DNA of 63,155 nucleotides, the filler included, from an uncultured Synergistales bacterium (GTDB lineage: Bacteria > Synergistota > Synergistia > Synergistales > Aminobacteriaceae), in the NCBI GenBank assembly GCA_937897575.1. It is 5 parts of 5 records of this genome, joined end to end, with 100 filler letters (N's around TTAATTAATTAA, not from the genome) between each part and the next. Parts side by side here need not be neighbours in the genome. Positions count along the whole stretch, not along the records: positions 37,988 to 59,491 come from CALCQG010000036.1; positions 59,592 to 63,155 come from CALCQG010000039.1; 3 more parts are not named here. One strand, 5' to 3'. A program made the position numbers and the translations under genes. The first letter of the stretch is position 1. Every line of letters starts with the position of its first letter. The notes under the pieces are model-generated. The model worked only from the letters and a program-made list of their open reading frames with translations. It was not told where the DNA came from and did not search any database. Below are positions 57,753 through 63,155 of this stretch, piece after piece.

Positions 57753-58415
57753 TCACGAAACGGCGCCGCCGCAGATCGCCACGGAGGCCGACGCCCCTAT
57801 GCGCGATGCCCCCGCCGCTATCATTCGCTCGGCATCAGCCCTCGTCCGGATGCCACTCGAGGCCTTGACGCCGAGGCGATCGCCCACCGTCCGGCGAAGA
57901 AGAGCGACGTCCGCCTCCGTAGCGCCGCCGGACGAAAAGCCCGTGGAGGTCTTGACGAAATGGGCGCCGGCTCTCTCGGCGAGCACGCAGGCCCGCATCT
58001 TCTGTTCGTCCGTGAGGAGGCAGGTCTCGAGGATCACCTTCACGATGGCTCGTCCCCGGACGGCCTCCACCACCGCCTTGATGTCCTCCTCGACGGCTCT
58101 TTCGTGCCCCGAACGAAGCAGTCCCACGGCAAGCACCATATCAACCTCGGCGGCTCTGCTCTCGGCGGCGTCCCGCGCCTCAAAGACCTTGCAGGCCGTG
58201 CTCGATGCCCCGAGGGGGAAACCGACGACGGAGCAGACCTTCACCCCGGTACTCGCAAGCTCGAGGGCCGCCAGTTCGACGAAACGCCCGTTCACGCACA
58301 CCGAGGCAAAGCCATACCGCACCGCCTCGGCGCAGAGCCTTCGAATATCGTCGACACAGGCCTCGGGCCGCAGCAGCGTATGATCGATCATTGCAGCAAG
58401 GTCCCTGTCCGTCAC
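57753..58415 (-). CDS. deoC: Deoxyribose-phosphate aldolase
   Basis: [38 protein letters not shown] after a purine-rich RBS. Confidence 0.95.
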   Translation of the reverse strand: MTDRDLAAMIDHTLLRPEACVDDIRRLCAEAVRYGFASVCVNGRFVELAALELASTGVKVCSVVGFPLGASSTACKVFEARDAAESRAAEVDMVLAVGLLRSGHERAVEEDIKAVVEAVRGRAIVKVILETCLLTDEQKMRACVLAERAGAHFVKTSTGFSSGGATEADVALLRRTVGDRLGVKASSGIRTRADAERMIAAGASRIGASASVAICGGAVS

Positions 58416-59037
58416 TGTCCTCTCCCCCTTCAGAACGACCAGGCGCTCCCCGACATTGCGGGGGCCGCTCATGGCGGCACCTGAACGCATGGCTGCATTG
58501 TCGCGGAAGCGCCTTCGGGCGTCAAGTCCGAAGAGCCGCCGTGCTCCGGTGGACGGGGTCGCGCACCGGTCGGAGTGTCGCCGATGTGTCACTTTCGCCG
58601 CATGAAGAGAAGTGACGATAAGGAGGGACGCGGATATCCGTCAGGGACGCAGCCCCCTGATCGGCATGGGGGCATGCCGGACTTTCTGGCCGAGCGCTGA
58701 CCCGGATTTTGACGCTCCGGAAGAGAGGCGAGGGGATGTCTGCGGGGCACTTGACCGCACGTTTTCCGACGGAGGTGCAAGGTGCGGGAGTCGGGACAAG
58801 CCCTGGGCAGAGTGAGGGGTTTTCCCTCAAAGCACATCGAACAGCGCGACGGTCGTTCCGCCGTCAAAAAGCGCCTGAGCAGGCAGCCGATGAAGGGAGA
58901 AGCGTGAGCTTACGATGCTCTCGGCCCGTCGACACAACCTGTATCCGGACGTCTGCGGTACGCGGGCACCGTGAAGCAGCGAGGAGAACAATGGCATTGC
59001 CTCTGCCCTTCGACGCACGAGCGCAGGGGTGAAGGGG

Positions 59038-59491
59038 TCAGGAGTCCGTCTCGCCCTTCAGGGACCGGGCGATATGCCGGAACTGGACAAGGTCCTCCCG
59101 GGACGCCTCCCCCCGGGAGAGGCGCTCCTTGATGTCCTCGTAGGAACGGCGGGCCCTTCGTTTCGAGAGGATATCCTGCAGGACGGCCCATCGCGCGGAC
59201 GGATCGTCTCCGCCGAGCCTCTCGCACCAGCTGCCGCCCTGGGAGAGGACCTTCATCGGGAAGGAGTCGCCCAGATTGAGCCAATGGGCCTCGAGCTGGC
59301 CCAGAGAGCTGGCGCCCACGATGGCGAAGGCGATGGTCTGGAGTCGAGGGTCCGACAGAAGAGGAAGGATGGACTGTTCGTCCACCGCCGCCCGGACCTG
59401 GGGATCCTGCCACAGCATGGTGCAGACCGCGGCCTCCACGGGGTCCACTTCGTCATCACCGCTCGTGCCGACCTCCTCCCGCTTTTCCTTC
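59038..59491 (-). CDS. C-terminal helical part of a 5'-truncated protein (possibly DNA primase C-terminus)
   Basis: Frame open from contig end to TGA with helical composition; identity is a weak guess. Confidence 0.4.
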
Positions 59492-59591
59492 NNNNNNNNN
59501 NNNNNNNNNNNNNNNNNNNNNNNNNNNNNNNNNNNTTAATTAATTAANNNNNNNNNNNNNNNNNNNNNNNNNNNNNNNNNNNNNNNNNNNN
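59492..59591. other. Artificial contig linker
   Basis: N-run, TTAATTAATTAA, N-run. Confidence 0.99.
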
Positions 59592-61038
59592 TGATATTCG
59601 GGTCGCCGAAGGCCCCGGACCGCGCCCCCGTCACCACGTTCCCCGTGCCGATGGCGATGGACCGCTCTCCCAGGGCCTGAGACGCAGTTCCCATGGCGAT
59701 GCCGTCGATCCCTTCGGTCCGAGCCATGAACCCTATGGCCACGGCTTGTTCATTGAAGACCCGGGCGAACGTCCCGATGGCCAGGGCGTTCTGATGGGTC
59801 GCCTGAGAGGCGGCGCCCAGGGCTATGGCGTTCAAGGCACCGGCACTCGAGGCTTCTCCCATGGCGATGGATTGCTCCCCCGTGGCATTCGCCGCCATGC
59901 CGAAGGCCATCGCCGAGTCGCTCTTGGCCTTCGAAGCCTGTCCTATGGCGATGGATTGGTTTCCTGCAGTTTGAGCCCCCGTTCCCACGGATATCCCATT
60001 GACTCCCTGGGCCAATGCTGCGGCCCCTATGGCCACGGTTTGTCCACTGAGCGCCTGGGCATCCGTCCCGATGGCCACAGAGTTCAGTTGGGTCGCTTGG
60101 GAGGCGGTGCCCATGGCTATGGCGAGCAGAGCACTGGCCTGCGCATCTTTCCCCATGGCGATGGACTGTCCCCCCGTGGCCTTCGACGCGGAACCGATGG
60201 CCACGGCCCATTCGCCTTTAGCCAGTGTCTGGGCGCCCTTTCCTATGGCAATGGACTCAAGGCCGTGGGACTGGGCGCTCGTCCCCATGGCGATGCTGTC
60301 CTCTCCATCGGCTATGGTGGATTCCGCTGCCGACGTGTTGCTGCCGATGCTGATGGACCGTAACGCCGTGGCCCGCGATTCGACGCCTATGGCGGTCGCC
60401 AGGTTCTTTGAAGCAGCGGCGTTGTGCCCCACGGCGACGGTCCGGCTGGCTATGAACGGATTGTTGACCTCCCCCGACCCGGCGTTCGGCCCTACGGCGG
60501 TGTTCAGCTCTCCCACGATGTACGACCCTGCGGTCGGTCCGATGGCTGTATTGTTGTTGCCCCCGGCACCGATTCCGGCCCACCAGCCTATGGCCGTACT
60601 CCACGATCCAGTGGCGGACGATCTCGCATTGCTGCCCATGGCGATATTTTCGCTTCCCGCGTTGGCGGACCCCGCGCCTGTCCCTATGGAGATGACGCTC
60701 CCCCCGACGGCCTTGGCCTGGGAGCCGAGGGCGATGCTGTCCTGCCCGGTGGCGTACGTGGCGCCACTGAAACCGCTCCCTATGGCGATGGAGGACTGCC
60801 CCGAGGGGCTCGCATACTTCACCGTGTGTAGGTTACCGATCCGCATGAAGTCATCCGCTGCATTGTTCATCACCAGGAGGCCGGATGTTATCTGCAGGAT
60901 CCCGTTCTCAGTGTTGACAGTCTGGTTTCCCGCTCCCGCCTGTGCGTTGATGACATAATCTCCGCTCGCCGGCAGTACCGGACTGAACCCCCATAAAGCC
61001 GCAAAAATGAAAACTACCGAAAGCCCCCCGCGTTTCAT
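59592..61038 (-). CDS. YadA-like trimeric autotransporter adhesin, N-terminal part (3' truncated)
   Basis: Signal peptide, many 14-aa SIAIG/SIAMG head repeats, GNVVTGARSGAFGDPN. Confidence 0.88.
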
Positions 61039-61164
61039 TGCCCTCGTCTCCTCTCTCTGTGTCGTCGACGCGCTTCCCGTGCAAAGACCCTTTCCGAACC
61101 ACGATTTTGCAAGACCGTAGACAGATGGAACCCTAAGAAATAATTGGGAATGTTCTCTTTCGTA

Positions 61165-61194
61165 ATTATAGTACCTATTGTATTATGATTTCAA
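61165..61194 (-). promoter_or_regulatory. Promoter of adhesin gene in an AT-rich patch
   Basis: TTGAAA-18nt-TATAAT on minus strand. Confidence 0.6.
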
Positions 61195-61487
61195 GAAGGA
61201 AGAAGCGCTTCGGTCGGAATGCTTCATGAAGCGCGTGGACCTCGTCCCGGATCTCGTCCTTGTCGTCGCCGACGGCCGGAGGCAGGCTCGCCCCCATAGA
61301 GCGAGAGAGCCGCTTGCTCGCGAAAGGAAGCCCTGTGGGGTAGAATGAGCGTGTCGCTCTCAGGCTGGTCATTGCGCCGGGCGAGCGGGCCGGCGCATGC
61401 GGGGTGGCGGATTCCCGGCGACGAAGGAACGGAAGAGGAGCGGGCCGGCACGGTTGGCCCGGTGACGAACGAGTCGGAGGTATTCGG

Positions 61488-62609
61488 ATGGCCATACCGT
61501 TTAACATCCCGTACTGCACGGGAAAGGAAATGGAGCACTTAGGGGATGTCCTGGCACGGGGGCGCTTCGTCGGCGGAGGGGCCTATTCGAAACGCTGCGC
61601 GGCGTGGATCGAAGAGGCCACGGGGTGCGCGAAGGCCATCCTTGTCCCGTCGGGGACGGCGGCTCTGGACATGATGCTGCTTCTCGCCGACCTTCATCCG
61701 GGGGACGAGGTCATTGTCCCCTCCTTCACCTTCAGCTCCACGGCGAACGCGGTGGTCCTCCGCGGCGGAGTCCCCGTCTTCGTGGACATCCGGCCCGATA
61801 CGCTGAACATGGACGAACGCGCGATCGAGGCCGCCATCACGCCCCGGACGAAGGTCATCCTGCCGGTGCACTACGCCGGCGCGGCGTGCGACATGGACGC
61901 CATCGAAGTGCTTGCCAAGCGGCACGGCCTGCTCGTGCTGGAGGACGCCGCCCAGTGCATCCTCTCGTACTGGAGGGGACGGCACCTCGGGTCCCTGGGG
62001 GCCATGGGGATTCTCAGCTTTCACGAGACGAAAAACGTCCAGTGCGGCGAGGGGGGCGCTCTTCTCGTGAACGACCCCCGCTTCCTGGCCCGCGCCGAGA
62101 TCGTCATGGAGAAGGGGACGGACCGCAGCAAGTTTCTGAAGGGCGAGGTGGACAAGTACGGCTGGGTGGACGTGGGATCCTCGTATCTCGTGAACGAGAT
62201 GACGGCGGCTTTCCTCTGGGCCCAGCTCGAGGCCGCGACTTCGATCGTGGCGCGCCGGGTCGCGCTGTGGGAGGCCTACCACGCCGCCCTGGAGCCCTTC
62301 GAGCGAAAGGGACGAATCCGCCGCCCCGTGGTCCTCGACGAAGCCCGCCACAATGCCCACGTGTACCCCATCCTCTTCGGAACGCCGGAGGACAGGGACT
62401 CGGCCATGGCCGCATTGAAGGACAGGGGGCTCCAGTGCCTCGCCCACTACCTGCCGCTTCACTCCTCCGCGGCGGGGAAGCGGTTCGGCCGGTCCGTGCC
62501 GGAGCGCCTCCCTGTGTCGGAGCGCGTTGCCGGAACCATGCTCCGGCTGCCGCTGTATATGGGGTTGGATGTGGACGAAGCCATCGCCATCCTTCGCGCC
62601 ACGCTCTGA
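61488..62609 (+). CDS. wecE: dTDP-4-amino-4,6-dideoxygalactose transaminase-like (DegT/WecE family)
   Basis: IPFN, PSFTFSSTANA, PVHYAG, EDAAQ, SFHETKN, GEGGAL, EKGTDR, GSSY, HYLPLH. Confidence 0.88.
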   Translation: MAIPFNIPYCTGKEMEHLGDVLARGRFVGGGAYSKRCAAWIEEATGCAKAILVPSGTAALDMMLLLADLHPGDEVIVPSFTFSSTANAVVLRGGVPVFVDIRPDTLNMDERAIEAAITPRTKVILPVHYAGAACDMDAIEVLAKRHGLLVLEDAAQCILSYWRGRHLGSLGAMGILSFHETKNVQCGEGGALLVNDPRFLARAEIVMEKGTDRSKFLKGEVDKYGWVDVGSSYLVNEMTAAFLWAQLEAATSIVARRVALWEAYHAALEPFERKGRIRRPVVLDEARHNAHVYPILFGTPEDRDSAMAALKDRGLQCLAHYLPLHSSAAGKRFGRSVPERLPVSERVAGTMLRLPLYMGLDVDEAIAILRATL

Positions 62610-62836
62610 GCGATCCCGGGCGCCGATCCGGCGGGCGGTCCCCGGAAGCATGAGACCTTAGTCGCCTGGTCACACGTCGTGCCGGACGGAACAGAGAGGG
62701 GGTCCGAGCACCCGGGTTGCGGCATGACTTCACGCGTCCCCTTCCGTTCGCAGTGGCAAGGTCGTGCTCCGTCCCGTTGCGTCTGACAGCGATTGCCACG
62801 GCCGAAATGACCGGAGCGGAAGCTCGTCGATGAAAA

Positions 62837-62870
62837 ACAGCCCCGCCGCAGAAATGCGGAGGGGCTGCTT
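62837..62870. terminator. Terminator between wecE and the convergent second adhesin gene
   Basis: CAGCCCC-G-CCGCA..TGCGG-A-GGGGCTG stem preceded by an A-run (U-tract on minus strand). Confidence 0.7.
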
Positions 62871-62904
62871 ATCAGGTCACTTTTTTATCGCGTTGAAAAG
62901 TCCG

Positions 62905-63155
62905 CTACTTCATCCCGAGCTTTTTCATGATCGCTGCGAGCTGCGCCTTGATCTCCGCGTTCTCCTCCATGATCGCGGTGTTCTGTGCTTTGATCTCGGT
63001 GTTCTCCGTCCTGATCCCGGCGTTCTCAGTGGTGAGCATCTGCACCTGGCTCTGAAGCTGGATGTTCTCCTGTTGCATAACGTACACACTGCTGATGGGT
63101 CCCTTCCGGTACCGCTCCGGAATCTCGTCCTTGCTCCTGCCGCTCCCGATCTTCC
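62905..63155 (-). CDS. C-terminus of a second YadA-like adhesin (post-anchor coiled-coil extension); 5' part outside window
   Basis: [27 protein letters not shown] followed by heptads; I recall this tail from Fusobacterium/Negativicutes-type trimeric autotransporters. Confidence 0.7.
   Translation of the reverse strand, partial: KIGSGRSKDEIPERYRKGPISSVYVMQQENIQLQSQVQMLTTENAGIRTENTEIKAQNTAIMEENAEIKAQLAAIMKKLGMK

Noticed and set aside
58670..58800. RNase P RNA or cobalamin riboswitch (GAAAGTCCGG on minus strand)
   Set aside because: Only a short partial match; the other conserved elements are absent or on the opposite strand
61175..61519. Small ORFs between the adhesin and wecE
   Set aside because: Low-complexity translations overlapping promoter regions, no RBS or recognisable family
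1..63155. CRISPR array, transposase, prophage or defence genes
   Set aside because: No regularly spaced repeat-spacer units and no recognisable Cas, transposase, integrase or phage proteins

Overview
GC-rich bacterial draft sequence made of five contigs (1-10582, 10683-16323, 16424-37887, 37988-59491, 59592-63155) joined by artificial N44-TTAATTAATTAA-N44 linkers, so adjacency across linkers carries no biological meaning. Diderm envelope genes (AsmA, trimeric autotransporters) together with Firmicutes-style regulation (T-boxes, L20 leader, HutP) suggest an anaerobic amino-acid fermenter such as Synergistota (inference). Contig 1: large ATPase/TPR-type regulator, ETF-linked FAD dehydrogenase, TRAP transporter, corrinoid protein and a pyrrolysine-free MtmB-family methyltransferase. 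Contig 2: ABC permease, LysM-M23 peptidase, recF-mnmG-(frameshifted DUF721). Contig 3: mostly housekeeping (DinG, rpmH-rnpA-yidD-yidC-jag, htrA, rpsO-pnp-dut, Thr T-box-thrS, infC-rpmI-rplT, zapA-cvpA-mutS2, tRNA-Arg, AlaX, hutP, rpmE, thyX). Contig 4: deiminase plus N-carbamoylase pair, AsmA, dapF, core MetH plus metF, a Lys T-box in front of lysA-livKHMGF, aminotransferase, SBP, response regulator, deoC. Contig 5: two YadA-like adhesin genes flanking a WecE-like sugar aminotransferase. The best candidates for undescribed biology are the non-Pyl MtmB/corrinoid/ETF/TRAP locus, the Lys T-box lysA-Liv operon, and the deviant deiminase/carbamoylase pair. All calls come from reading motifs by eye; no database searches were run.
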